This document shows, in pieces, positions 22,835 to 30,469 of a stretch of 40,672 bases of DNA. How positions within the stretch are numbered: the stretch's first letter is position 1; each line of letters starts with the position of its first letter. The DNA is from Nitriliruptoraceae bacterium (GTDB lineage Bacteria > Actinomycetota > Nitriliruptoria > Nitriliruptorales > Nitriliruptoraceae). Both the position numbers and the translations under genes were made by a program. The notes below the pieces were generated by a model. The model had not been told where the DNA came from, did not search any database, and worked only from the letters and a program-made list of their open reading frames with translations. The DNA is taken from the NCBI GenBank assembly GCA_007121975.1, contig SKJO01000007.1, positions 1 to 40,672 on the forward strand. The letters run 5' to 3'.

Positions 22835-23772
22835 CGCCGGTCCTCACCGGCCACCGCCAGGCTCACCAACCGCTCGCAGAGGTCGGCGAACTCCAGTCCG
22901 GCCGCCTGGGCCGCGATCGGCACCAGGGAGGTCTCGGTGAGCCCGGGGCAGGTGTCGAGCTCCAGCAGCCAGGGGCGCCCGTCGTCGTCGACGATGAGGT
23001 CGGCCCGGGACACGTGACGGGCGCCGATCGCCTGGTAGGCGTCGCATGCCAGCTGCTCGCAGGCCAGGCGGACCTCCGGAGCGAGCCGGGCGGGGGCGTG
23101 GAACTCGGTGGCGCCGGCGGTGTAGCGGGCGGTGAAATCGTATGCCCCGTCGAGGGGTTGGATCTCCACCGGGGGCAGCGGCTGGCCGTCGAGCACGGTG
23201 ACGGCGACCTCCGTGCCGGTCACGAACGCCTCGAGCAGTACGGAATCGGCGTAGCTGAACGCACCCACGATGGCCTGCGGCAGGGCGCTGGGGTCGTGGA
23301 CGATGCTCAGCCCCAGGCACGACCCGCCGGTCGCCGGCTTGACCACGACCCGTGAGCCCAGCGCCGCCGCCACCCGGTCGAGCACCGCGACGGCGCCCAT
23401 CTCCCGGAACGCCTGCTGGGTGAGCGTGACGTTGGCCGGCACCCGCAGCCCGGCCCGCCGGTACAGCCCCTGCGCGATCGGCTTGTTCCAGGCCAGCGCG
23501 CTGGCGAGCTCGTCGGGTCCGGTGTAGGGCAGCGCGATCAACTCCAGCAACGACTGGATCGTCCCGTCCTCCCCGGCGGAGCCGTGCAGCGCCAGGAAGG
23601 CGAGGTCGAAGCCGCCCGTCTCCAGCGACGGGATCAGCGTGGCGTCGACATCCAGGCGGGTCACCTGGTGCCCACGGTCGGCGAGCGCCGCGGCGACCCG
23701 ACCTCCGGATCGCAGGCTGACCTCGCGCTCGAGGGACAGCCCCCCCGAGAGCACGGCAACGGTGTGGGGCAC
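22831..23772 (-). CDS. ddl: D-alanine--D-alanine ligase
   Basis: 313 aa, VAVLSGGLSLEREVSLRSG...ALHGSAGEDGTIQSLLE...KPATGGSCLG...YDFTARY...LLELDTCPGLT. The omega-loop Tyr is retained (TARY versus EAKY in E. coli DdlB, aligned by eye). Confidence 0.92.
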   Translation of the reverse strand: MPHTVAVLSGGLSLEREVSLRSGGRVAAALADRGHQVTRLDVDATLIPSLETGGFDLAFLALHGSAGEDGTIQSLLELIALPYTGPDELASALAWNKPIAQGLYRRAGLRVPANVTLTQQAFREMGAVAVLDRVAAALGSRVVVKPATGGSCLGLSIVHDPSALPQAIVGAFSYADSVLLEAFVTGTEVAVTVLDGQPLPPVEIQPLDGAYDFTARYTAGATEFHAPARLAPEVRLACEQLACDAYQAIGARHVSRADLIVDDDGRPWLLELDTCPGLTETSLVPIAAQAAGLEFADLCERLVSLAVAGEDRR

Positions 23773-23804
23773 GGTGGGCTCCTGTCGGATCTCGGGACGG
23801 TGAC

Positions 23805-25097
23805 TCAGCCGCCGATGCCGGTGGCGCGCCCGCCACGGCGGGTACGCAGCTGCGGGGCATGCTCACCGTAGACGGCCCGTACCAGTTCGAGCTCGGCGTT
23901 CAGCAGCTCGCCGAGCCGCACGACCCCCTCGCGGATCCGGTCCGTGGACGGGAACGAGAAGCACAGCCGTGCGTGGTCGCCTCCGGAGCTGTCGGCGAAG
24001 AACCCCCGGCCGGGCACGTAGGCGACGCGGTGCGCGATGGCCTTGGCCAGCAGGTCCGAGGTGTCGATCCCGGCCGGCACGGTCAGCCACACGTAGAAGG
24101 CCCCCTGGGGGCGGGTCCAGTGCACCTCGGCGGGCAGCTCGGCAGCCATCGTGTCGAGCATCACCCCCGCCTTCTCGGCATACAGCTGGCGGAAGCGCTT
24201 GATCTGCTCGACCCAGGGCTGGGTCTGCAGCCAGCGCTCCACGATCATCTGGGTCAGGTTCGACGGGCACAGGTCGGCGGCCTCACGCAGCAGGATCAGC
24301 TTGTCGCGCACCGGCGCGGGCGCCGCGATCCACCCGGTCCGCACCCCCGGTGCGAACAGCTTGGACATCGTGCCGACGTAGATCACCCGCTCGGGGATCA
24401 TGCTGCGCAGGGAGGGCAGCACCTCGCCGTCGAACCCGAGCAGACCGTAGGGATCGTCCTCGACCACCAGCAGGTCGTGGCGCTCAGCGAGCTCGGCGAC
24501 CCGGCGTCGCCGCTCGAGGGACAGCGAGACCCCGGCCGGGTTCTGGTGGTTGGGGATGAGGTAGAGGTACTTGGCCCGCCGGCCCTCGGCCTCGAGGGCC
24601 TGGAGTTGCTCCTCGAGCAGGTCGACGCGCATGCCCGCCTCGTCCATGGGGACGTGCCGGACGTCGGCCTGCAGGCTGGTGAGCGCTCCGATCGCCCCGA
24701 CGTAGGTCGGCCCCTCGGCGAGCACCACGTCACCGGGGTCCACGAAGCACGAGGCGATCAGCTCCAGCGCCTGCTGCCCGCCCACGGTGACCACCAGCTC
24801 GTCGGGGTGCGCCGGAACGCCCTGCAGGCGCATCACCTGCACGAGCTGCTCGCGCAGCTCCGGGCGGCCCTGACCACCGCCGTACTGCAGCGCTACCGCT
24901 CCGCTGTCGCGGATCACGGCGGCGACGACCTGCTCGACGGCTTCGAGGTCCAGCGCCGAGGTGTCGGGCATGCCGCCGGCGAACGAGACGATCTCCGGGC
25001 GGGAGGCGACCGCGAACAGGGCGCGGATCTCCGAGGCGCTCATGCCCGTGACCCGCGCCGCGTAGCGGGCGAGGTAGGGATCGGTCTCGAGCCGCAC
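23805..25097 (-). CDS. PLP-dependent aminotransferase, class I/II (LysN/2-aminoadipate-aminotransferase-like, no HTH domain)
   Basis: Carries SASEIRALF...FAGGMPD...NHQNPAG...VGTMSKLFAPGVRTGW, which includes the PLP-Lys context SK. The track ORF (to 25703) is over-extended. I trimmed it to GTG 25097, preceded by GGAG with a 7-nt spacer. ATG 25226 is the alternative start. Confidence 0.85.
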   Translation of the reverse strand: MRLETDPYLARYAARVTGMSASEIRALFAVASRPEIVSFAGGMPDTSALDLEAVEQVVAAVIRDSGAVALQYGGGQGRPELREQLVQVMRLQGVPAHPDELVVTVGGQQALELIASCFVDPGDVVLAEGPTYVGAIGALTSLQADVRHVPMDEAGMRVDLLEEQLQALEAEGRRAKYLYLIPNHQNPAGVSLSLERRRRVAELAERHDLLVVEDDPYGLLGFDGEVLPSLRSMIPERVIYVGTMSKLFAPGVRTGWIAAPAPVRDKLILLREAADLCPSNLTQMIVERWLQTQPWVEQIKRFRQLYAEKAGVMLDTMAAELPAEVHWTRPQGAFYVWLTVPAGIDTSDLLAKAIAHRVAYVPGRGFFADSSGGDHARLCFSFPSTDRIREGVVRLGELLNAELELVRAVYGEHAPQLRTRRGGRATGIGG

Positions 25098-25224
25098 GAC
25101 GGTGCTCCGGGTCGGCAGGGTCCCCGTCCGGCGGCGCCCGATCCGGGTAGCCTCGAGGGTAGCGATCCGGGTGCCCGACCCCTGGGCCTTTCCCCGGGGC
25201 GCGGCCCCGGACCCGGAGGTCGTC

Positions 25225-25407
25225 ATGTCGCACCCCGCCGACCCGGCCGGCCCGGCCGAGGAGCGCCACCGAGCCCCCGGCGGCTGGAAGCGGGCGCTGA
25301 TCGGCTTCCTGCTCGGAGTCGCGGCCGGCGTGGTCGTCGCCCTGATCCTGCCCCGGGACGACGGGCCGCGCCGCGTGCGCACCCCGCTGTCCGACGCGAA
25401 CCGCTGA
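25225..25407 (+). CDS. small single-TM protein (60 aa), unknown function
   Basis: ATG 25225 is preceded by GGAGG with a 5-nt spacer. The product is MSHPADPAGPAEERHRAPGGWKRALIGFLLGVAAGVVVALILPRDDGPRRVRTPLSDANR. It ends 4 nt before the GNAT gene start. Confidence 0.5.
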   Translation: MSHPADPAGPAEERHRAPGGWKRALIGFLLGVAAGVVVALILPRDDGPRRVRTPLSDANR

Positions 25408-25411
25408 CGCC

Positions 25412-26065
25412 ATGGGTCGGCAGGCCCTCGCGCTGAGCGGAGAGCTGGTGGCGTCGCTCCCCGAGCCCTGTCGCAGCTGCCTGTTCTGGGAGCTCGGGGG
25501 TCCCTGCCCGGACCGACGGAGTCACCCGGCAGCACCTGCGCGCCACCCGGTCGCCGAACCGAGCCGACCCCTGGTGCGCAAGCAGGCCTGGGTGTCGGCG
25601 GTGGTGCAGGACGGGCAGCCGGCGGGGCGGGTGCTCCGGGTGGAGGAGGAGGTCGTGGCGCACGCGCTCGCGGCGCCCGCGAAGCGGTTCGCGCCGCGGG
25701 CACTCGGGCTGCCCACGCCGAGCCCGGACGCCCTGCTGCTGGCCAGCGTCTGGGTCCAACCGCACTGGCGAGGCCGGGGGATGGGCCGCCTGCTGGTGCA
25801 TGCCGTCCTCAAGGACGCGCTGCGCGACGGTCGGCGCCGGGTCGAGGCCTACGGTGACCGTCGGTGGCGGGAGCGGGCCTGTGCGCTCCCGGCCGGATGG
25901 CTGCTCGGCGAGGGCTTCGACGTCGAGGTGGAGCACCCGCGCACACCGCTGCTCGCGATCGAGCTCGGACGGACCGCCCGCTGGACGGAGGGCCTGGAGC
26001 ATGCCCTCGGCGAGGTCTTCGTGCCCCGATCCGCCCGCGCCCGGGTCACGGGCCCCGCCCGGTAG
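25412..26065 (+). CDS. GNAT-family N-acetyltransferase with N-terminal CxxCxFWE motif
   Basis: 217 aa with acetyl-CoA motif VQPHWRGRGMGRLLVHAVL and N-terminal PEPCRSCLFWE. A similar conserved gene neighbours parB/trxA in other actinobacteria (from memory). Confidence 0.8.
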   Translation: MGRQALALSGELVASLPEPCRSCLFWELGGPCPDRRSHPAAPARHPVAEPSRPLVRKQAWVSAVVQDGQPAGRVLRVEEEVVAHALAAPAKRFAPRALGLPTPSPDALLLASVWVQPHWRGRGMGRLLVHAVLKDALRDGRRRVEAYGDRRWRERACALPAGWLLGEGFDVEVEHPRTPLLAIELGRTARWTEGLEHALGEVFVPRSARARVTGPAR

Positions 26066-26123
26066 TCTGGGAGGTCGGGCCCGTCCCTGCGTCGCCCGTT
26101 CGCCACCTCGGAGTCCGTGCTTC

Positions 26124-27359
26124 GTGCATGCCTACCGCGTCCTGCTGTCCCACCGCGATGTGCGCTGGCCGCTGGTCGCTTCGACGCTGGCGCGCCTGAC
26201 CCCCGGGATGATCGTGCTCGCCCTGGTGCTGCTGCTGCGTGACGCGGGACACAGCTATGCGGTGGCGGGCCTGGTCACCGCCGCCCACCAGGTCGGTATC
26301 GGCGCCCTCTCGCCCCTGCAAGGCCGGTTCGCGGACCGCTACGGCCAGCGGCGGGTGCTGCTGCCCGATGCCTTGGGCTACCTCGGGGGCACCGCCGTCC
26401 TCGCCTGGCTGGCCGTGTCCGGGGCGGCGGTACCGATGCTGCTCGTCACCGCGGTGCTCACCGGCGCGGTGTTCCCTCCCAGCACCGCCTGTGTGCGCGT
26501 GCTGCTCTCCCACCGCTTCCCGACCGGTCACGAACGTGAGACCGCCTTCGCGGTGACCGCGATCGCGGTGGAGATCGGGTTCATCGTCGGACCACTGCTC
26601 GCTGTGGCCGTGGCCGAAACCGTCGGTGCGGCCTGGGCGGTGGTCCTGGCCGGCGTCCTGGCCGCGACCGGGGCGGCCGGCCTGGCCACGACGGGGGCGT
26701 CGGCAGCCGTGCCCCGACGGGATCTGTCGGTACCCCGACGGAGCGCGCTGGCCTCTGCCGGGGTGCGGATCATGGTTGTCACGCTGGGCACGATGGCGGT
26801 CGCCTTCGGGGTCATCGACATCGCCGTACCGGCGGTTGCGGAGCTGGCCGGGGACCGATCGGCGGCCGGCTGGCTGATCGCCTCGATCGCCTCGGGCAGC
26901 CTGGTCGGCGGGTTGGTCTACGGCGGGCGGGTCTGGCCGGGCACGCTGGTCACCCGGGTGCGGGTGCTGTCGGTGGTGTTCGCCGTCGGGTTCCTGATCC
27001 TGCCGTTTGCCACCGGTTCGCTCGGTCAGTTCGCCGTCGCACTGTTCGTCGCGGGTGTGTTCCTCTCGCCGCTGACGATCGGCGCCTTCGAGTTGATCGA
27101 CGACCTGGCGCTGCCCGGTACCCAGACCGAGGCCCAGCAGTGGACCCAGGCCGCGGTGGTCGCCGGCGTCGCGCTGGGAGCCACGCTGTCCGGTCTCGCC
27201 ATCGAGGGATCCGGGCCCCCGGCGGCCTTCGTCGCCGGAGGGCTGTGCATCGGGATCGGGGCGCTGCTCGTCAACCTCGGCCGGGAGCGGCTGCGCTCTG
27301 TGCCGCCGGAGCCTTCGGCGGCACGGCCCATGCCGGTTCGCCCACCAGCGCCGCGGTGA
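26124..27359 (+). CDS. MFS transporter
   Basis: About 12 hydrophobic segments and an MFS motif-A-like GRFADRYGQRRVLL. I trimmed the track ORF (from 25800) to GTG 26124, after the GNAT stop. Confidence 0.85.
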   Translation: MHAYRVLLSHRDVRWPLVASTLARLTPGMIVLALVLLLRDAGHSYAVAGLVTAAHQVGIGALSPLQGRFADRYGQRRVLLPDALGYLGGTAVLAWLAVSGAAVPMLLVTAVLTGAVFPPSTACVRVLLSHRFPTGHERETAFAVTAIAVEIGFIVGPLLAVAVAETVGAAWAVVLAGVLAATGAAGLATTGASAAVPRRDLSVPRRSALASAGVRIMVVTLGTMAVAFGVIDIAVPAVAELAGDRSAAGWLIASIASGSLVGGLVYGGRVWPGTLVTRVRVLSVVFAVGFLILPFATGSLGQFAVALFVAGVFLSPLTIGAFELIDDLALPGTQTEAQQWTQAAVVAGVALGATLSGLAIEGSGPPAAFVAGGLCIGIGALLVNLGRERLRSVPPEPSAARPMPVRPPAPR

Positions 27360-28398
27360 GGGCGTCGACCAGGCCATCGGCGAGTGCCCGCTGATGGTCG
27401 CGGTCGGTCAGTGCCGTGCCTTCGGTCGGGTGGCTGAGGAAGCCGACCTCGATGATCACGGCCGGAGCGCGCGACTCGCGCAGCAGCGCGACCGTCGAGG
27501 GATGGATGCGGCAGTGGGGGCTCGCGGTCACGGCCACGAGCCGATCCACGGCAAGCTCGGCCAGGCGCCGGCCCCGCTCGGAGACGTAGCGCTCCGTGCC
27601 GAAGTGGTAGCCGGCGATGCCCTGCGCCGTGGGGGTGGGGTGATGGTTGCCGCGCACCGAGACGATCACCTCGACGTCCTCGGCGTTGGCATGGGCCGCG
27701 CGCTGTGACGGGCTCGGCGTGGTCCAGGGACCACGGCTGAGCACCACGTTCGCGCCCAGGGCCGCGAGTCGTCCCTCGGTGAGCGCCGCGATCGCCCAGG
27801 TGATGTGGTGCTCCGGGGTTCCGTCCGGTGCGGTGGGGCCCGGGTCGGCCTCGCCTCGGGCCGGGTCGAGCAGGATCCGTGCGCCCGCCAGGGAGCTGCG
27901 CAGTCGGTGGCGCAGCTGCGCGCGCTCGCGCACGACGTAGGCAGGGTCCTGCTGGTGCTGCCGCGCCAGGCGGCGCAGCGCATGGATGGTCGCCGGGCCG
28001 GCCATACCGTCGACGACCAGTCCGGTGTTGAGCTGGAAGTCGCGGACCGCCTCGGCGGTCTGACGGCCGTAGATGCCGTCGTCGTAGCCGGCGTCGAACC
28101 CGAGCCGGCTGATGCGCCGCTGCAGGTCCCGGACGTCGTCGCCGCGCAGCATCGGCCGGCGCTCGTACAGCAACCGGTCGCCGAGCCGGAAGGAGGCGCC
28201 GACCAGGGCACCCCAGGTGTCGGGTCCCACGATCCCGTCGGCCGGCAGGCCACGGTGCTGTTGGAACGCGCGCACCGCGGCCAGCGTCGTGTCATCGAAG
28301 ACGCCGAGGTCGCAGGCGTCGACCAGCCCCAGGTCGGCCAGCCGCCGCTGGATGTCCTCGACCTCGGGGCCGACCGCGCCGCGGCGGATCAGCGCCAT
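27271..28398 (-). CDS. cwlM: N-acetylmuramoyl-L-alanine amidase-like protein with two N-terminal peptidoglycan-binding repeats (CwlM-like)
   Basis: Two PG_binding_1-like repeats (GPEVEDIQRRLADLG...AVRAFQQHRGLPADGIVGPDTWGAL and DVRDLQRRISRLG...AVRDFQLNTGLVVDGMAGPATIHAL) are followed by an Amidase_3-like C-terminus. It is syntenic with Rv3915 next to trxA/trxB. The start is ATG 28398, with GTG 28413 as the alternative. Confidence 0.85.
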   Translation of the reverse strand: MALIRRGAVGPEVEDIQRRLADLGLVDACDLGVFDDTTLAAVRAFQQHRGLPADGIVGPDTWGALVGASFRLGDRLLYERRPMLRGDDVRDLQRRISRLGFDAGYDDGIYGRQTAEAVRDFQLNTGLVVDGMAGPATIHALRRLARQHQQDPAYVVRERAQLRHRLRSSLAGARILLDPARGEADPGPTAPDGTPEHHITWAIAALTEGRLAALGANVVLSRGPWTTPSPSQRAAHANAEDVEVIVSVRGNHHPTPTAQGIAGYHFGTERYVSERGRRLAELAVDRLVAVTASPHCRIHPSTVALLRESRAPAVIIEVGFLSHPTEGTALTDRDHQRALADGLVDALTAALVGEPAWAVPPKAPAAQSAAAPGRG

Positions 28399-28425
28399 AC
28401 CGGCCCCACCCACGGGAGCACGGCC

Positions 28426-28749
28426 TCAGCCCAGGTACGTGCCGAGCTCCGACAGCAGCGCGGCCTTGCCCTTGGCGCCCACGATCTTCTTGTCGGGCTT
28501 GCCGCCCTTGAAGACCATCAGCGTCGGGATCGACATGATCCCGTACTCCCGGGCGGTCCCGGGGTTCTCGTCGACGTTGAGCTTGACGACCTTGAGGTGG
28601 TCGGCCTGCTCGCTGGCGATCTCGTCGACGATCGGGCTGACCTTCAGGCACGGTCCGCACCATTCGGCCCAGAAGTCGACCAGGACGGGACGGTCGGCCT
28701 CGATCACCTCGGTGACCCAGTCGGCGTCGGTCACGGGGCTGGCACCCAT
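28426..28749 (-). CDS. trxA: thioredoxin
   Basis: 107 aa with WCGPC in VLVDFWAEWCGPCLK. ATG 28749 is preceded by GGAGGAA with a 6-nt spacer. The track ORF is over-extended to 29031. Confidence 0.95.
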   Translation of the reverse strand: MGASPVTDADWVTEVIEADRPVLVDFWAEWCGPCLKVSPIVDEIASEQADHLKVVKLNVDENPGTAREYGIMSIPTLMVFKGGKPDKKIVGAKGKAALLSELGTYLG

Positions 28750-28762
28750 CGGCGGTTCCTCC

Positions 28763-28780
28763 GCTGCTGCTGCTGCTGCT
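28763..28780. repeat. (GCT)6 / (CAG)6 trinucleotide microsatellite in the trxB-trxA spacer
   Basis: gctgctgctgctgctgct read directly from the sequence. On the coding strand it sits immediately 5' of the trxA RBS. Confidence 0.9.
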
Positions 28781-28793
28781 GGTTGTGGTGACG

Positions 28794-29804
28794 CTACCGC
28801 GCGGCCGCGACCGCCGCCGTACCGACCGGGTCGACCCCGCCTCCGGCCAGGAAGCGCTCGGCGTCGATGGCGGCTTTGCAGCCGGTCCCGGCGGCCGTCA
28901 CCGCCTGGCGGTAGGTGTGGTCCATGGCGTCTCCGCAGGCGAACACGCCAGGTACCCGGGTGCGGGTCGAGGGCTCCTCGACCACGAGGTAGCCCTCGTC
29001 GTCGGTCTCCAGGGTGTCGCTGAACAGCCACGTGTTGGGAATGTGCCCGATGGCCAGGAACAGCCCGTCGGCGGCCAGCTCGGATTCTTCGCCCGTGACG
29101 GTGTCGCGCAGGGTGACCGAGGTCAGCTGCCCGTCGGTGCCGTTGACCCGGGTGATGACCGCGTTCCAGACCACCTCGATCTTGTCGTTGTCGAACACCC
29201 GCTGCTGCATGATCGCCGAGGCACGCAGCGCATCGCGCCGGTGCACGATCGACACCTTGGAGGCGAACCGGGTCAGGAAGTCCGCCTCCTCCATGGCCGA
29301 GTCGCCGCCGCCGACCACCAGCACGTGGCGGTCCCGGAAGAAGAAGCCGTCACAGGTGGCGCAGGCCGACACGCCCGCGCCCCACAGCTCGTCCTCGCCC
29401 GGGACCTCGAGCCGACGTGGCTTGGCTCCGGTGGCGATGATCAGGGTCCGGGTGCGCAGCTGCTGGCCCGAGGCGGTCTCGAGCACGACCGGCTGTGCGG
29501 TGAGCTCGACGGAGGTGATGTCCTCGGTCACGAACCTGGTCCCGAAGCGCTCGGCCTGCGCACGCATGCTGCTGATCAGCTCCGGGCCCATGATCCCCTC
29601 GGGGAAGCCCGGGTAGTTCTCCACGTCGGTGGTGAGCGTGAGCTGCCCACCGGTCGGTCCGCCCTCGGCGACACCTTCCACGAGCAGCGGTGACAGGGCG
29701 GCGCGCGCGGCGTACAGCGCTGCGGTCAGTCCGGCCGGGCCGGAGCCGATGATGATGACGTCGTGCACGACGTCGTTGGCGGAGACGGGCTCGGAGCTGG
29801 TCAT
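28794..29804 (-). CDS. trxB: thioredoxin-disulfide reductase
   Basis: FAD motif IIIGSGPAGLTAALYAAR, redox centre CATCDG and NADPH motif VVGGGDSAMEEA. I trimmed the track ORF (to 29918) to ATG 29804 (MTSSEPVSANDVVHDVIIIGSG). Confidence 0.95.
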   Translation of the reverse strand: MTSSEPVSANDVVHDVIIIGSGPAGLTAALYAARAALSPLLVEGVAEGGPTGGQLTLTTDVENYPGFPEGIMGPELISSMRAQAERFGTRFVTEDITSVELTAQPVVLETASGQQLRTRTLIIATGAKPRRLEVPGEDELWGAGVSACATCDGFFFRDRHVLVVGGGDSAMEEADFLTRFASKVSIVHRRDALRASAIMQQRVFDNDKIEVVWNAVITRVNGTDGQLTSVTLRDTVTGEESELAADGLFLAIGHIPNTWLFSDTLETDDEGYLVVEEPSTRTRVPGVFACGDAMDHTYRQAVTAAGTGCKAAIDAERFLAGGGVDPVGTAAVAAAR

Positions 29805-29815
29805 GGACGCCTCGG

Positions 29816-29867
29816 ATCGCAGGTCGGAATCGCAGGTCGGGATCGCAGGTCGGGATCGCAGGTCGGG
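29816..29867. repeat. 4 x 13-bp perfect or near-perfect tandem direct repeat ATCGCAGGTCGG(G/A)
   Basis: The units are 29816-29828 (ends in A), 29829-29841, 29842-29854 and 29855-29867. The array is non-coding and lies between the trxB ATG and the divergent gene. Confidence 0.95.
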
Positions 29868-29895
29868 CCGGTGCTCGGCGCGATTCCCCCAGCCT

Positions 29896-29921
29896 AACGA
29901 CGGTGGGGCGCCGGGCATTCC
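29896..29921 (-). promoter_or_regulatory. SigR/SigH-type ECF promoter GGAAT-N18-GTT directed at trxB-trxA
   Basis: The minus strand reads GGAAT (29921-29917), then gcccggcgccccaccgtc (18 nt), then GTT (29898-29896). This matches exactly the published consensus for the thiol-stress sigma factors whose classic target is trxBA. Confidence 0.55.
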
Positions 29922-29935
29922 CTACCATCGATGAC

Positions 29936-30466
29936 GTGCCTGCCTCTCCCTGCCACCGCCACCCGGATGTCGAGACACGCCTGACGTGCTCGTCGTGCGG
30001 GGTACCGATCTGCCCGGACTGCCTGGTCGAGGCGGCGGTCAGCTACCAATGCCCCGACTGCGCGCAGGGCCGGGGCCAGGATGCGCCCACGACACGGCGC
30101 CAAGGACGGTCCACCTCGAGCCCGTCGAGCGGTGACGACATCCCGATGGCGCTGCGGGTGCGGGCGACGGCGGCGGCGGTCGCCGGGTCGATGAGCGGCG
30201 GGCTGCTGCTCGGTCCGGTGCTGCTCGGCGGCACGTTCTTCCTGCTGTCCTCCGGGGTGATCGGCTGGGGCATCGCCCGGATGGTGTTCTGGGCCAGCCG
30301 GGAGCACACCTCGCCGTTCCTCCGGGCCATGGCGCTGACCGCGGCGGGCTTCAGTGTCGCCGTGGGCCTGGTCGTCGCTGGCCGGGCTGCCGCCCCACCA
30401 GGGCTGCTGTTCCTGGCCTACCCCGCGGCGGTGTACGGCGCCTGGCTGGTCGTGCGCAACCGCTGA
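29936..30466 (+). CDS. membrane protein with N-terminal Cys/His-rich zinc-ribbon (B-box-like) domain
   Basis: The N-terminus PCHRHPDVETRLTCSSCGVPICPDCLVEAAVSYQCPDC has 7 Cys and 2 His. A linker follows, then about 4 hydrophobic helices. The track start GTG 29903 would overlap the trxB promoter motif, so I prefer GTG 29936. Neither start has a clear RBS. Confidence 0.65.
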   Translation: MPASPCHRHPDVETRLTCSSCGVPICPDCLVEAAVSYQCPDCAQGRGQDAPTTRRQGRSTSSPSSGDDIPMALRVRATAAAVAGSMSGGLLLGPVLLGGTFFLLSSGVIGWGIARMVFWASREHTSPFLRAMALTAAGFSVAVGLVVAGRAAAPPGLLFLAYPAAVYGAWLVVRNR

Positions 30467-30469
30467 GCG

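Noticed and set aside
25098-25703. N-terminal extension of the aminotransferase to 632 aa
   Set aside because: The extension is an Ala/Pro/Arg low-complexity run. It overlaps the plus-strand small ORF and the GNAT gene. The conserved aminotransferase N-terminus (YLARYAARVTGMSASEIRALF) begins right after GTG 25097.
29816-29867. Tandem 13-bp repeats considered as a possible CRISPR array
   Set aside because: The units are contiguous with no spacers, are only 13 bp long and number only four, and no cas genes are present. I report them as a tandem repeat instead.
29862-29887. Second GGAAT motif (minus strand, 29887-29883) upstream of trxB
   Set aside because: Eighteen nt downstream it has GAC instead of GTT, so it does not fit the SigR/SigH consensus. 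It is probably incidental.
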